Of a stretch of 55,182 nucleotides of DNA, positions 24,915 through 38,470 are shown one piece after another (positions within the stretch are counted from its first letter, which is position 1; each line of letters begins with the position of its first letter). The notes beneath the pieces are model-generated. The model made no database searches. It was not told the DNA's origin and saw only the letters and a program-made list of their open reading frames with translations. Source of the stretch: Octopus bimaculoides (Eukaryota); assembly GCF_001194135.2 (NCBI RefSeq), contig NC_068985.1:19098204-19153385 (forward strand). The letters run 5' to 3'. A program made the position numbers and the translations under genes.

Positions 24915-25295
24915 AGCTCTTCACATTTACAGGGCAAATCTCCCCGGGGTTAACTTTGCATTTCCCTCTTTAGGAGTCGATAAAGTAAAATACCAGCCAA
25001 GTACCGGGGTCGATGACAACAGCTAAGCTTTCCTCTTAAGATTGCTGGCTTTGTGCCTTAATCAGAAAATTTATCAACATAAAACGTGATGGCGAGGGAT
25101 GAACAGAATTTCGGAAAACATGTCAGGCGGTATATACCGGGTTTTTTATGTTCTGAGTTCAGATCTCGCTGGGGTCATCTTTGCTTTTAATCTTTTTGGT
25201 GTTGATAGAATAAAGCACGAGTCAAGTAATGGTGGTGGTGCCGATGTAATCAACTAACCCATCTTCTTGAACCTGCTAGCTTTGTACCATATCAG
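24915..25295 (+). mobile_element. Two tandem degenerate SINE family A copies
   Basis: Core blocks TTTGCATTTCCC..GTCGATAAA..TACCAG...GGGGTCGAT (24950-25015) and GTTCTGAGTTCAGATCTC...GATGTAATCAACTA (25150-25258). Confidence 0.65.
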
Positions 25296-26319
25296 AAACA
25301 ACTTTTAAAGAAAAGCGCTTAGATAAATATGATAGAAGTATCATAGAGATACAAGCCCTGGGCGCTATTATACATTAATCGGTATAAGACATTAAAAATG
25401 TTTAAAAAATATAAATTCCCTAAGTATGATATATCACAAACAAATTCAAACGAAACAAAGTAATGTAAATTCGTTGCAGCTTCTTATTTGAGTGCAATAT
25501 TCTTTTCGTCTGTAAATGACAGAACATAACTGACGGAAATTAATAGCTTTCTTCCATCGTTTGCAAAGTTTCTAATATAAAAAATTCCTTAGAATGTTAT
25601 AAAAACAAAAACAATGTTTTCTGATGACGAATATCAAACTGCTGAAGATGTAAAGGTTTAGCTTTGCGCCCAGGTGAAAGTATAACATACATTAATTGAT
25701 GCCCCGAAGCAAACATCTCCAAATCTGTGTGTACAAGAAGGAAGAGAACAGAAGGTTGATCTGAAGAACGATACGTACGCTGGATAAGTTTAAGTAAACA
25801 TTATAGCATGATATAAACATTATAGTATGCCCTTGCAACTGGATACTGTACCAATAGAGAATCAAGACAGCTCTGTAGATTAAAATATCTTCAATCGCAT
25901 GTATACAATATACACACGCGTTGGTGGGCTAATAGAATAAAGAAAATTAATAAAGAATAAAAAGAAAATTTAATGTTAAGAAACATAACTAAATCTCCCT
26001 TTTTAGTATATCAGATGCGAGATTAGTTACTGTAAAATTCTTTTAACAATCCAAAGATTTTAAATTTCAACACTATCCCAACGTTACATTTACTCTCTTA
26101 TAAACCATTTCATTATCATCATTACCCCTTTAAGGTAGTTTCTCTCTTGAACAGTAAGCTGATAAGCAGTAAGAAACATCATATGGTCTACATTTAGAAA
26201 AAAGAAAAATGATCCAGGCCAGATCGCTCATAAACAGTATATATATATACATTGTGTTTATATACTCTATACATGATACATACAGCTGTAGCGGTGTTGA
26301 ATAACACAGATAGTCATAG

Positions 26320-26349
26320 ATACTCACAGGTACTATATCAGATGAATGC
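26320..26349 (-). other. Weak candidate 30-nt exon
   Basis: ATCAATTTTAG|AGGAAAATGCATTCATCTGATATAGTACCT|GTGAGT; phase 0-0 gives RKMHSSDIVP. The pyrimidine tract is short. Confidence 0.2.
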
Positions 26350-26403
26350 ATTTTCCTCTAAAATTGATATCATTTTGTGATGATTGATGATAGACAATTT
26401 ATT

Positions 26404-26477
<74 letters not shown>

Positions 26478-27363
26478 NNNNNNNNNNGTAGAACATTTTA
26501 CAGACCTTTTGAGATTGATGTTTAACTCAAATTTCAGTAGAAAGATGCTCGGAGGGAAAGTATTCCAGATGGTTGCGATCTGGAGTGTTTATGGCGGAAG
26601 GATTGTGCGAGGTGTTTGTTATGTATTTCGAACATAAAATTCAGAAGAGGAGCGGCGGGTGCCTGGGGTAAACCTAGATGAGGTGGTACACAGCTTGCCA
26701 ATACAGAGGAGCAGGAACTGTGCAGTAGTAGTGATGGTAATAGTGGTGGTGGTGGCGATTGTAGTGATGGTGGTGGTGGTAGTAGTAGTTTCTGTTGAAG
26801 GTGAGCTAGTAGTTACAGTTTATTTGGTGAGTAAAAGATTGCTGATCAGTTGGCCAGCTATTTTTAAACGGTGTGTGTATGTAGCATCGGCACTGTCCCA
26901 GATGTAGGCCACACCTGTTGTTCTGTGAGGGCCAGCAACCCTTCATTGTTAAAAATTTTTCTGGTCCTTAAGATGAAACCTAGTACTTGCGACGTTTTCT
27001 TTTTCTTTTACGTCATAGGTGTGTTGTTATCATGAGAGTTTATCGGAGTTTGTGTGGTTGCACATTTCCGGAAACTTTGCAGGTAATAGTATTAGACTCC
27101 ACGAGTGTCAACGTGTAACTTTTCTTTTCACTTGGAGTCAAACAATATAACATTTTATCTAGAATGTCTTTCTATAGTCAACTGTTATACAGGACATTTT
27201 ATACGACGACGACACATTTTGTATATGAGTGTGTCTGTGAGTGTGTGTGTTTTTGTGCGTTGTTACGTAAATGTATGTCTGTGTGTGTCTATCTTAGTAT
27301 ATGTATGTGAGAGTGTATGTGACAACGTATGTGTGTGTGAGTGTATGTGTGATTGTCAATTAC

Positions 27364-27963
27364 ACTGATGTAAACTGGCTATGTGAAAGAGCTATACTGG
27401 CTCCAACTAATGAAATGGTTAATAAAATCAATCATGAACTTCCTCAAAAATTAACAAATACATCAGAAATGACTTTTCCATCAATTCACGCGACAGTAGA
27501 TCAAGATCAGGCTGTTCAATACCCTGTTGAATTTGTGAACACACTTAAACCCACTGGGATGCCACCGCATAACTTCACACTAAAGCTGGATGCTTCCATT
27601 ATGTTGCTTACGAATCTTGACCTACCTCGCCTGTGTAATGGAACTTGCTTAATTGTTACTTCCATGAAGCCCCATGTCATACAGGTAACAATCATAACAA
27701 GTAGTCACAAAGAAGAAAATGTCTTTGTTCCAACATTTCCTCTCATACCTACAGATGTTCCATTTGAATTTAAGAGGCTTCAGTTTCCAGTCAAACTAAA
27801 TTTTGGTATTTCAATTAACAAATCTCAGGGTCAACCCCTCAAGGTAGTTGGACTTCATCTCTCTACTACATGCTCCTCCTACGGCCAACTCTATGTTGGT
27901 TGCTCACGAGCTGGAAGTAGGAACTTTGTATTCTTTTGGACACCAACAAAAATTACACAATGA
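27364..27963 (+). pseudogene. Helitron RepHel Pif1-type helicase, C-terminal part
   Basis: WLCERAILAPTN..V..IN, YPVEFVNTL.PTGMPPH, LCNGT.LIV, FKRLQFPVKL.FGISINKSQGQ.L..VGL and GQLYVGCSR are hallmark Helitron helicase motifs. The N-terminal motifs are absent; the ORF-track start in (GT)n is spurious. Confidence 0.93.
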
Positions 27964-28134
27964 ATTTTATTTAACCCGAGGTTCTTCAGGATTGACAGAT
28001 TTTTTCAGTTCTAAGCTCTATTATCATTACAATTTGGATTTTTTAAAATAAGATATAGATATTTTAAAATAATTATGAGAAAAAAAATATATCTTCATAT
28101 TTATTGTTTAGTAATCTGAATAAGAACAGCAGTA

Positions 28135-28164
28135 ACCTAAGCAACGCCGGGTAATTCAGGTAGT
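28135..28164 (+). mobile_element. Degenerate Helitron 3' terminus
   Basis: ACCTAAGCAACGCCGGGT (remnant hairpin) followed 7 nt later by GTAG+T where CTAG+T is expected, ~170 bp after the helicase stop. Confidence 0.5.
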
Positions 28165-28298
28165 ATATANNNNNNNNNNNNNNNNNNNNNNNNNNNNNNN
28201 NNNNNNNNNNNAGAGAAAGAGAGAGAAAGAGAGAGAGAGAGAGAGTAGATGAAGTCGAGAGAATCTCAATACAGAAAACACTAACTCTGAAATGATTT

Positions 28299-28331
<33 letters not shown>

Positions 28332-28619
28332 CGCAAAGGAAAATGTAGGACGAGCTTACTTATGTGAAGCGAAACTGACAGCAAATGTGGTATCTTTATC
28401 TGCGAGTGTACTGCTTACAGAATCATTTTGGTTGATGAATAGTAGGTAAAATTCCACAAAATCTGTGAAGATCTTAGTAATGGAACATAAATCTCGACTA
28501 TAATTTGAAAGGCGAGAATTAACTGGGGTAACTAGATGCTGTTTCAGTAGTCAATAACGACTCTTGCAAGCTTTTGTATTTACTTGCTGGTTCTGAAAGA
28601 AGGGAGAGTCAGTCCCCTT

Positions 28620-28810
28620 GACATTTGCTTGACTCCGAAACTGGTGTGATTGAAGCTGTTAATGTTTCGGTTAAATTGTTGTCAGTTGACACTAACAGGA
28701 ACGACATGAACTGGAAGAAGATTCCAGAGGGCCGATATCTAGGGGGATGAAAGAACTGGACATAGGGTTTAGTCCGGGATCTGGAGGGTTGGACATAACA
28801 AAAGTGATGC
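28620..28810 (-). pseudogene. CR1/Zenon-type LINE 3' end
   Basis: Minus translation YVQPSRSRTKPYVQFFHPPRYRPLWNLLPVHVVPVSVN*QQFNRNIN matches the RT...SF..RT..LWN.LP..VFP C-terminal motif. Confidence 0.65.
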
Positions 28811-29714
28811 GGCTTTATATCAATCTGATAAAATATAACATTATAGTATAATACAAATATAGTACAGCCGAAGGACTACAGCTGTTAAGTTATATTTTAA
28901 ACTACAGGAGCAACCTAAACTGCTTCCCAGTTGAATAATAGTTTGTATTCGCATTAGAAATCTAGATGCTATATGAGTAATCCAAAGTAGAACAGAACAA
29001 CTCTTCTCAAAAGCATTACAGCAACACCCACAATAGAAAAAAAATCAAGAGTACTTTAGAAATCTTACATTGCATAAAATCAGACTTTATTTTACTACGC
29101 AAGCGATCGTTAGGGAAGTATGATAATTACCACAAGAGCTGTATGCATTATCAACTTGGATCTTTATTACGGCTATAATACTTTTGCTATAGCACTATAC
29201 GATTGTATAGTGCTAACATTATAGTTATAACATGTTACTGAACTCTGATAATATCATGGCTATAGCAATATATCTATAACGTCTTTGCTATATATCCTAC
29301 TCCTATTAAGAAGCCAAATCTCAAGTTACAGGCGCACTTTCTATTCGTTTTACTACAAGCTCCTCACATATTAACTTACAAAACGACTGTAAACATCATT
29401 CTCGGTATTAGAAGCCATTTGGTTTCTATGTTCTTTAGCAGACCTCCTCCTGTTTTCACCTTTCCTTTTAACTCTCTCTCCCCTTTCACATTTCCTCTGA
29501 CCCGTATGCTCAAGAATTTTAAGCGTTTATTTATTTAGCTACATGAAGCTATATTACTCTCTCACCTTTATAGGGTAACATAGTTTTGAATATCGACGAC
29601 TGTTATGGTTAATGGAAAAAAATATTTATTCATAAAATGCATTAACTAAAGCTAAGGATTAAACAATTCTATTATTGTAATTGAAACTATGACACATCAT
29701 AAATCAGCTTCTGT

Positions 29715-29858
29715 ACTTGACTACCACTATATTTTACCGACCCTGAAGGATGAAAGTCAATTTGACCTCGGCAGGACTTGAACTCAGAATCTAAAGGGTC
29801 GTAACTAAGTACGTCAATGCATTTTGTCCGACGCGCTAATGATTCTCCTAATTGACTT
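29715..29858 (-). mobile_element. SINE family A
   Basis: CCGACCCTGAAGGATGAAAGTCAATTTGACCTCGGCAGGACTTGAACTCAGAA...GCTAATGATTCT. Confidence 0.75.
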
Positions 29859-32149
29859 GCTTACTGTAAGAACTTTGCCTATTTTCAATGGAATCTTAAT
29901 GAATAAAGTAGCGAATCCATTATATATTAAACCTGTTAACCAATTCAAATTGCACAAAATGCGAAATGAAAGACAAAGTGTCAATAACACTTGAGATATT
30001 TTTTTTTATCATACACCGGGTGGATATACTTACATACTTGGTTCGTAGGTTCGCGTTCTGATGTCAGCATTGCATAATAACATTTATTTATTTATTTGCT
30101 TTGCTAGTTAGTTGTTTGTATCATGTAACCAGAAATCCAATTAATGAGATATCAACTGAATCAAGCCTATAAATGGGAATGTGGCTTCTGAGCATGTCGA
30201 AGTCACAGTCATAACCCTTCATCTCTTGCTTTATATAGGCAGGCTTTTGTCCACTTCCTTTATTTTATAGAAGTATACATATAAAACTTCACGAACAAAA
30301 TTGCAAAAGAAAGTCAGACACAAATATAAGGTTTATACATAATGGAAAATTTCACAGATGGCTTTTCAGAATATTATTTTCGTCTTCTCCGTTTATCATA
30401 TACGGTTTCACCAAGAAGATGTATGTCTAAGTGCAAGCAATAATGTTGAGAATGCAATGAATAACGTTTCCTGAATCAAAGTTGTGATGCCTAATATTAA
30501 GAGTAGAGACTTAAAGATAATAAACAAAGTACAGAGTAAGATACAACATTTTCCAGCAAGTTGAGTACGAAAACAGGACCCGATTCTCTGCCTTAACGTT
30601 ACTACTTTAAGGAAGTAGTCAACTGGCTTAATTTCGTTCTGTCTCAGAAATGCGTGGCTTTGTGAGAAGTAATTAAAATCAGATAACTTTCGAGCGGCGC
30701 TTCATTTATTTACAACACCGAATTCATTAACTTTTATATTCAAACTAGGAACTGAAACTGGATTGCAGACTTCTTTTACTGGTTTTAACCAGAGGCTGAG
30801 GCCATGCTAGGGTACACACCCTCAGTGAAAAAAAAAGAAAGAAAAATTTTAATGGTTTCAACTGGAAATTGAAACTTAGTTGTGATCTATGCTACCTACT
30901 CGTAGTTTATTTTTTTGTTAAAAGAAAAAATAACTGTTTCGAATGAAATCGTCCACTCCGGAATATGGCCCAGTTGATGCTTGTAAATCATAAAAGGGCT
31001 ATCTCGTTTTCACCTGAAAGGGAGGTTAGAAAAGATTGTTTTGTCACTGGATCCGAAACTATTTCACCGTGGAATTTCTGGTATTTGCAGGCACACAGTT
31101 TTAACAATGATGATAAATATGATAGACGGGTTGTTACTACGACTAAAAATTTTATTAATTGCTATTTTCATGTCTTCCGGGCTAACATTTTTAATGGTTT
31201 TAATATATAGGAAAATATTCCAAGTTTTTAGTTCAAAACCATTACCGAATTACATGGCTTGATTCGGAAACCGCTATTTCTTGTTTTTTTCTCTAACGGC
31301 TATATTTACAGTCGCATACTTTTTAACATTAGTAATATACACGTTCAAAATTAATTAGCTTGTTATAAATTCAGAAAATAAAACTTATCTTCCTTCCAAT
31401 AAAAAGCTAATTCGTAAGAGAAAAAAATCCCTGAACATTTCAAGTGAAAGCCAATCACAAGATGCTTTTCATGTTATTTTATCTGTTAAGTCGAACAAAA
31501 CAAACTACAAACCAAGACTCCATGTTGGATTTCTTCCAGCGATGTATTCAAGTTTGTTAATATTGCAACTCTGGAAAAACTTCAGTTTGAAAGTTCGTAT
31601 CAGATTATATCTTTCAAAACTTATATTTGTTATTTACGTTTATTTCTCATCTCGTTGTTCCGTATTCAAGGTGAACGCATAATATTTCATATACACAGTA
31701 TAGCTTAAAAAAACTCAAAGAACAGTCGAAAAGGAAACTAAAATGTAAAGCTTTCTACTCAAATTTATTGTTGGCTAGCATTATTGAACGACAGATATTT
31801 AACTTTTTAAACGAAGCATAACTTGCTAATTCAATGAATTTAGTTTTCGTATTTTATTTCATTGGAATGAATAATTTGTATTAACATATTCGACTCTGTT
31901 TAAAAACGAAAAATTTATTTTAAGACACGTAATTTTTTTCACTTAAAATATTTTTGTATTTCTTTCACTTTAATAAAAAGGCTTAATAAAATACCCACCG
32001 CCTTCTTTGCATAATATTTTTTTTTCAATTCAACGAGACAAACGATTCAATCGATACTTCTATCAACCTTTCACAATCTACAGACAAGTGGTCCAATTTT
32101 TTCGTTTATCAAAAACTTTAAACTTTCTATATAACATGTAACAATTTTC

Positions 32150-32520
32150 CGTGAAGACCAATTTCCCTGACTGCACCAGCCTTCGCTTAATTTCTGACGT
32201 ATTAAATGAAATGGAGACAATCATAAACGGTCATTGTTTGTATTCTACCGACTTTCTCTCACTATGTCTACTTAGTAGACATGGAAGTCATGAAAACAGC
32301 TGCTTCCCTCCAAACAAAACCTCAAGCTCAGTTACACGTTCCATACTTTCCTCTACACATAAACGATATTTTTACCTAACCTCACAACTCTCACGTTGAT
32401 GACACCACGAGCTTCGATAACTTCTACCACAAAACATCATCTACACGCAACCGTGCACTACTTCAAAGAAGAGAGACCTGAGAAATATTCAATGGAGACA
32501 TGGCTACAGTCTTTAAAAGC
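32150..32520 (+). pseudogene. Degenerate CR1/Zenon-type RT fragment
   Basis: Mixed-frame motifs LISDVL...IINGH, PQ.SV...LHINDI and HVDDTT (YADD-like). Confidence 0.5.
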
Positions 32521-32847
32521 ACCAAGGCAATGACTATGGTATCAGGGACACAATATACCATAAGATATTTTATGCTTGAATAAACTCTAAGAAAAGATAA
32601 TCATAATGCTTATCGCTTTTTGCGTTTGTTATTGCTTTGATTGGTTATACAGCCTGAGTGACTAAATTACTTTCAGATTTCATGAGATTGGACATCAATT
32701 CCTTTGTGATCACTAAGAAAATTTGCCTTTGTAGTGTTCCTATAATTTGTTCAAGGGCAAACCAAAGTATTAATCGTCGAGATCTCCAAACAGCTTCTGT
32801 CAACTGGTCGCTAGTATGAGCTGTCAAAATACATCAGATATTTATAG

Positions 32848-33018
32848 ATACTTTTATTTGTTTCAGTCATTTGACTGCGGCCATGCTGGAGCACCGCCTT
32901 TAGTCGACCTCGGAACTTATTCTATCAGTCACATTTGCCGAACCGCAAGGTTACGGGGACGTAAACACCCCAACATCGGTTGTCAAGCGATGGTGGTGGG
33001 ACAAACACAGACACACAA

Positions 33019-33058
<40 letters not shown>

Positions 33059-33208
33059 GGGCTTCTTTCAGTTTCCGTCTCCCAAATCCACTCACAAGGC
33101 TTTTGGTCAGCCTGAGGCTATAGTATAAGTCACCTGCCCAAGGAGCCACGTAGTGGGACTGAACCCGGGACCATGTGGTTAGTAAGCAAGCTACTTACCA
33201 CACAGCCA
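32848..33208 (-). mobile_element. SINE family B, near full length
   Basis: Reverse complement of head (TGGCTGTGTGGTAAG), CORE-like block, (AT)n spacer and tail (GGCCGCAGTCAAATGACTGAAACAA). Confidence 0.92.
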
Positions 33209-33224
33209 ATCCTTAGTGATTTCG

Positions 33225-33447
33225 TTAAGGTGGCAAGCTGGTAGGATCGTTAGCACGTCGGGCAAAATGCTTAGCGACATTTCGTCCGTCTTTACGTTGA
33301 GTTCAAATTCCGCAGAGGCCATTTTTGCCTTTCATCCTTTGTGGCTAGAGGTCGATAAAATTAGTATCAGTTGAAAATTGGGGTCGATGTAATCGACTTA
33401 ACCCCTCCGCTGAACTGGCTGGCATTGTGCTAAAATTTGAAACCAAT
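33225..33447 (+). mobile_element. SINE family A, full length
   Basis: All diagnostic blocks are present. Confidence 0.9.
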
Positions 33448-33645
33448 ATCAATGATTTCGTAAACTACCAGAAAAAAAATGGTGTGACCTACATCTGAGA
33501 CAGTGAAAATGCTATACTCAAATGTTTTTTTTTCTAAATTAAGCCCGACGGAAGCAGTATGGGACGGAGAAATGTTAGTCAATACCGTCAAAACCAGTAC
33601 TTCACTGGTATTTTATTTTAACAACCCCGGAAGGATCGGTAAGCA

Positions 33646-33690
<45 letters not shown>

Positions 33691-34032
33691 TACCAGCAGA
33701 CATTCAGCGTCATATTTTTAATTTATTATTATTTATTGGAACGCTAAAATCTTTGGAGGGCTAGTCGAAGGAGGAGGAGGATATAGCGACTATTGCAGAC
33801 TGACACGTCAGTCTTACCAAACCAAACCAATTTTATTAATATAGACTAATGACCCGTCATTTATTGATGTAAATTATATTTTATTGTAATGGATCATAGG
33901 ATCTATGTAATTCATTGATTTTCGTTACCATATTATCTTGATAAGTAAAAATTGTTTCTTTGTGGAATTTCTGTTCCAACCATTACTAATCACACATCGT
34001 TAGATACTCGGTCATTGTACTTTCGTGCATGC

Positions 34033-35220
34033 TCACCAGCTGGTCTCTATCTGCACAAATTGACAATTTAAGATTAGGTCTGTTAACCAAAGATGCCATA
34101 GTTTTAATTTGTCTAATAAGCTCAATATTCTCCAAAAAAACATCTCTTGAATATCTCTTGTGCGTAATTTTGTTGCAGGAAATCTACTATTTCTGATGTT
34201 AATTTGGTCATTTAAATCATCAATAAAATAGACTTGAGCATATCTAGGAATATTTTTATCTGTATTATGTAATGAACTTATTCTATTGTAAATGTGACTT
34301 TGTCTTTCGAAAACTGGCATGAATCCCACTAGAGATATTGATTCACCAACTCCAAAGGATGTCAGTGAAAACAATTCATTATATTATTTGATAATTTAAA
34401 AAAAGTTTTTGGAATCCAGATTTTCCAGTAGCATTAGTATATTTAAAGGTTCAAATGGTCTTTCAAACAAAATTAATTTAACTTTACCATTTGAACAACA
34501 TAAGTTCATCCTTAAACAGTTTTGCACGACAATGCTTACAAACTACTGGCATTATTCCTAAATTTGATAGATTATCATAATTTTTAGTTGCATCATAATC
34601 AAATGCTGCTTTTGTAAATGATTTAACAGAAGTACATAGTTCAGCATATCTTGATCTTTACTCCATAGCCTGAGTTCTTGTCACAATGTGCGAAATTCTA
34701 ATTTCCTCTCTTATTTCTTGTGTCGAATTTTCTTTCAACACTTGGTGGGCCAATCTGTTTTCTTCTCTAATCTTTGAAATGAGAGTCTTTCTCGTCTTCG
34801 TTTTTGGTACTCTCAATTTCTTGCTTCTTGAATTTCTCTCTCATTTTCACTCATTTCATCTCTCTTTTGGCGTTTTGTTGCTGAGGTATTTAAAATTTTC
34901 CTTGTATCGTTATTTACGACACTTATACTATTGTCGTTATTTAAGCTATTAGTTGCATCATTTAAGTTTTGGTCGGTTCTTACTTGAGTAATAATTTCTT
35001 GTTCCTCCATAGGCAGAGAATTTCTTGCCACAATGTGCGAAATTCTAACTTCCTCTCTTATCTCTAGTGTCGAATTTTCTCTCAACACTTGTTGAGTAAA
35101 TCTGTATTCTCTAATTTCACTTCTTCTTTGAATTGAGTCTTTCTCGTCTTCGTCTTTGATATTCTCGATTTCTTGCTCTCGAATTAAATGAAATAATGTT
35201 CGATTATAGATCGACTTTTC
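34033..35220 (-). pseudogene. Helitron N-terminal region remnant (charged repeats, Zn finger, pre-Rep region)
   Basis: Minus translation GIMPVVCKHCRAKLFKDE..CCSNGKVKL..PFEPL, then FSLTSFG...GFMPVF.RQ.HIYNRI.SL...PRYAQVYF, typical of animal Helitrons. Frameshifted. Confidence 0.8.
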
Positions 35221-35221
35221 C

Positions 35222-35304
35222 TTGTACCCGTGTATAAACCGCACCCGCCTTTTACTGGATTTTCCCGTCTGAAAAAGTGCAGTTAATACACCGGCAAGTA
35301 CGGT

Positions 35305-35305
<1 letters not shown>
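35222..35305. mobile_element. Tc2/pogo-type terminal mini-palindrome
   Basis: Minus end CACCGTACTTGCCGGTGTATTAACTGCAC resembles TACCGTATT..CG.GTATAAG.CGCAC termini; there is an internal inverted copy GTGTATAAACCGCAC. Confidence 0.45.
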
Positions 35306-35340
<35 letters not shown>

Positions 35341-35346
<6 letters not shown>

Positions 35347-35579
35347 GAAATATGTTACAAAAACAAAATAGAAATTACATGTGGAAATGTAAGGGGAAAG
35401 TAAGCAGAAAAATAAGCGAAAATGCACATTGGAAATAAAAAAATAAAGGCTTTTTATGAAGAAAAGTAACGATAGATATATACAATTAGATGAACTGAGG
35501 TAGGAATAAAGGTAATAAAAAACATTATTGTGAGTTGTTAAAGAGATTTAAAAGCATACCGGTTTCGTAATATTACTAA
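35341..35579. repeat. Second copy of the 10344-10588 repeat
   Basis: Direct comparison of the two copies. Confidence 0.8.
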
Positions 35580-35774
35580 TCATTGCTTTGAATACACACC
35601 GAATACTGAACGGTTTAAGGTCTATTAGTCACTTAGTAAAAAGATTATGTGTAAGGGAGGTAAGTAGTTCTGGATTTGGTGCAATTAGGGTAAATCTAGA
35701 TCTGTAATGTGAATGGTGTATGGGTTGTATGGGGGTTAGTGGTATTAAATGGAAGATTTATATATAGTTTCACG

Positions 35775-35945
35775 CAGTGGAATGTGGCCATGATGGGACA
35801 CCACCTTGAAGAGTTTTAGACGAAAAAATTGTCCCTAGGATTTACTCTAAAGTTTGGTGTTTATTCCACCGTTCAGTTTTGCCGAACTGCTCCGATACAG
35901 GAACGTAAACAAACCAACACATGTTGGAGCGTCAGCTTGGATATA
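35775..35945 (-). mobile_element. Diverged SINE family B 3' part
   Basis: GGCCATGATGGGACACCACCTTGAAG and TTTTGCCGAACTGCT...GAACGTAAACA. Confidence 0.6.
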
Positions 35946-37149
35946 TCGGTCAAACCGGTCGACATGCACCATAGAACACCCTAACACACACACACACACA
36001 CCACACCACACCACACACACACACCACTCATCACATACACACCACACGCACGCACACACACTATCACGTACACGGGCATACTTACCATCTTGTATTTGTT
36101 CTCTTGACTCCGAATACTCTTTTCAGCCGACTATTCAATTTCCGGTCAATCAACGGCCATCATGAAAAACCATCTCTATTCGGGTATTTTCTTCTGGATT
36201 ACTCCTTTTAGGTTTTTCGATTTTCCTCGTCTTTTCTTCTTCCTTTCCACTCTACACTCTTTTACGAACAAGGAAAATTCCCGAAACACAAAATGAATCC
36301 ATTCTTCTGAATGTCAAAGGGATAATTTTGATCATGAACGTATTTGTTTGTTGTAGTTCCTTCGTTTATATATATATNNNNNNNNNNNNNNNNNNNNNNN
36401 NNNNNNNNNNNNNNNNNNNNNNNNNNNNNNNNNNNNNNNNNNNNNNNNNNNNNNNNNNNNNNNNNNNNNNNNNNNNNNNNNNNNNNNNNNNNNNNNNNNN
36501 NNNNNNNNNNNNNNNNNNNNNNNNNNNNNNNNNNNNNNNNNNNNNNNNNNNNNNNNNNNNNNNNNNNNNNNNNNNNTATATATATATATATTTGTGTGAT
36601 ATGTGTATACATATATTCATGTGAATGTATATATATGTGTGCGTGGTGTGTGTGTGTGTGTGTGTGTGTGTTTGTGTATATATATATATATATATATACA
36701 GATATATACACATAAATATACATACACACATCTCGGGAGGGTCATTAGGCCGACAATAAACACATGCCCTAGTGAGTGTTTATTATTGGCATAATGACCC
36801 TCCTGGGATACAACAAAACATGTTTCAACACATGAATTCACAACAAGAATCTTGCAAGCCAAATACAAAAACCATATACATACATACATACATACATACA
36901 TACACACACACACATACATACATACATACATACATACATACATACATACATACATACATACATACACACATACATACAAAAAATCCCTTGACTTAATTCG
37001 TTTAGTTCCAAACGTGCAATCGTTAAGTGAGAGAGAAATTCACAAAGGAATAATGTTTTAACGACGGTAACGTTTCTGTTGATGAGATATGATACGGGAA
37101 GTTTTAAAACTATTAAACAAAGAGCAATGGAAAAACAATTTACTCATAA

Positions 37150-38470
37150 CAAATTTTTAATACACCGTAGATATTAAATAAATCATTTCCAAAGAATAAG
37201 CACTCAAATGTTTCTAATTTATTATTGTTATTTTTCATCACTAAACCTGGTTTGGATATTGCTTTGCTTCTTGTGTCCGATTCAGTTAAAACAAAAATGT
37301 ATCTTTCTATATTAATTTTCAAGTGTTCCTTGCTTGTGTGTTACTTTTCTTTTCATAGATTACATGATAGCAGACATGAGATTTATTTTTATCCGTTGCA
37401 TCTTTTGTTCTTCGTTTGAAATATGAATTTCGTGACTAAAATATCTCAATCAATTTTTCAGTATGTGAAAAAGACTTTGTCAAGGTCTTTAAGAGTGAAA
37501 TACTAAACAGGAGTTTCCAGTGTTCATATCACTCGTAGATCATGATGCAATTTTATTAAGCAGTAACATAGTGTTTTTTGTTTTCATTTCAAACAATCTC
37601 TACAGGATCTTCATATCTTCCAAAATTAAGAGATTAAAAGCAAAAACACATTTGTTCCAAACGTCTTTCATTTTTATCTCTGTATTTCCTCCAGGTTTAT
37701 TTTATTATATTTCCTGCACTTAGAACATTGACTGATTTTCATAATTCTTTTAATGTTGGAATCCTTCCTTATCAATACTGTTTATTAACTGATTAAATGT
37801 CTACCACAATTAATATGCTTTAGATGATGCAATAACGCCTTGATAAAAGTGATGTTCTATTTGGCAGCATAAACATTAATCTAACGTTTGGAAGGTAATG
37901 TTGTAAAGGCTTTGGAAGACAACTTGCATTATCTACGATCAGCAACACATGAAATGGAATATTTTTGACACCACCATAATTTTGTTCCCTACAAAGTGAC
38001 GCACAAAACTAATTTTCAAGCAGAGAAGCAGTAACTCATGATTTTTTTATTGCCTTTCATATGACCGCAAGTGTAGCTTTTACGAGGCCTTCAAGTGCCC
38101 TTGGATTTTTGACACAGTGCACAATTATTGGTCTTAACTTACAGTATCATCCAATTATATTGTATTAAACAATAACATTAACCGATCTTTAGCTATTTTA
38201 AACCTAGCGCCGATGACCTTTTCCTTTTATAACCTGGCTTTCAAAAAAGGTGCGTTTGGTCTACGTTAGTAGTTATGAGCTTGTGTAACTATATTCTATT
38301 ATTTCTTCCAATTATTTCAGTAACAAATTTATTGCTTCAATATAGCACTCGTAGCTTGTCTGTGAACTTTTATATAATGCCGATAAGCTGGTTTTTATAT
38401 CTATAAAACCAGCCATAGCTTCCAGTAAATGCTTCGCCACTGTTGCATTCTTACCTCTTTAGACATCATA
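37150..38470 (-). pseudogene. Tigger/pogo transposase remnant
   Basis: Minus translation includes HNIKVHRQA, RFKIAKDRLMLLF (GFKASKDRLTLL-like) and YQGVIASSKAY (DQGVIA.FKAYY-like). Many stops. Confidence 0.7.

Noticed and set aside
26710-26800. Hydrophobic poly-Val ORF (26659-26907)
   Set aside because: Low-complexity (GTG/GTA)n repeat; not a transmembrane protein.
31010-31050. Strong minus-strand acceptor TTTTCTAACCTCCCTTTCAG
   Set aside because: All three frames stop within 9 codons and no good donor follows.
36087-36377. Minus-strand CAAGATG|GTAAGT (ATG-ending exon) and nearby ACGAACAAGGAAAATTCCCGAAAC hammerhead-like text
   Set aside because: It lies in what looks like a microsatellite-bounded repeat remnant; the CUGA box is absent and there is no upstream acceptor or promoter support.
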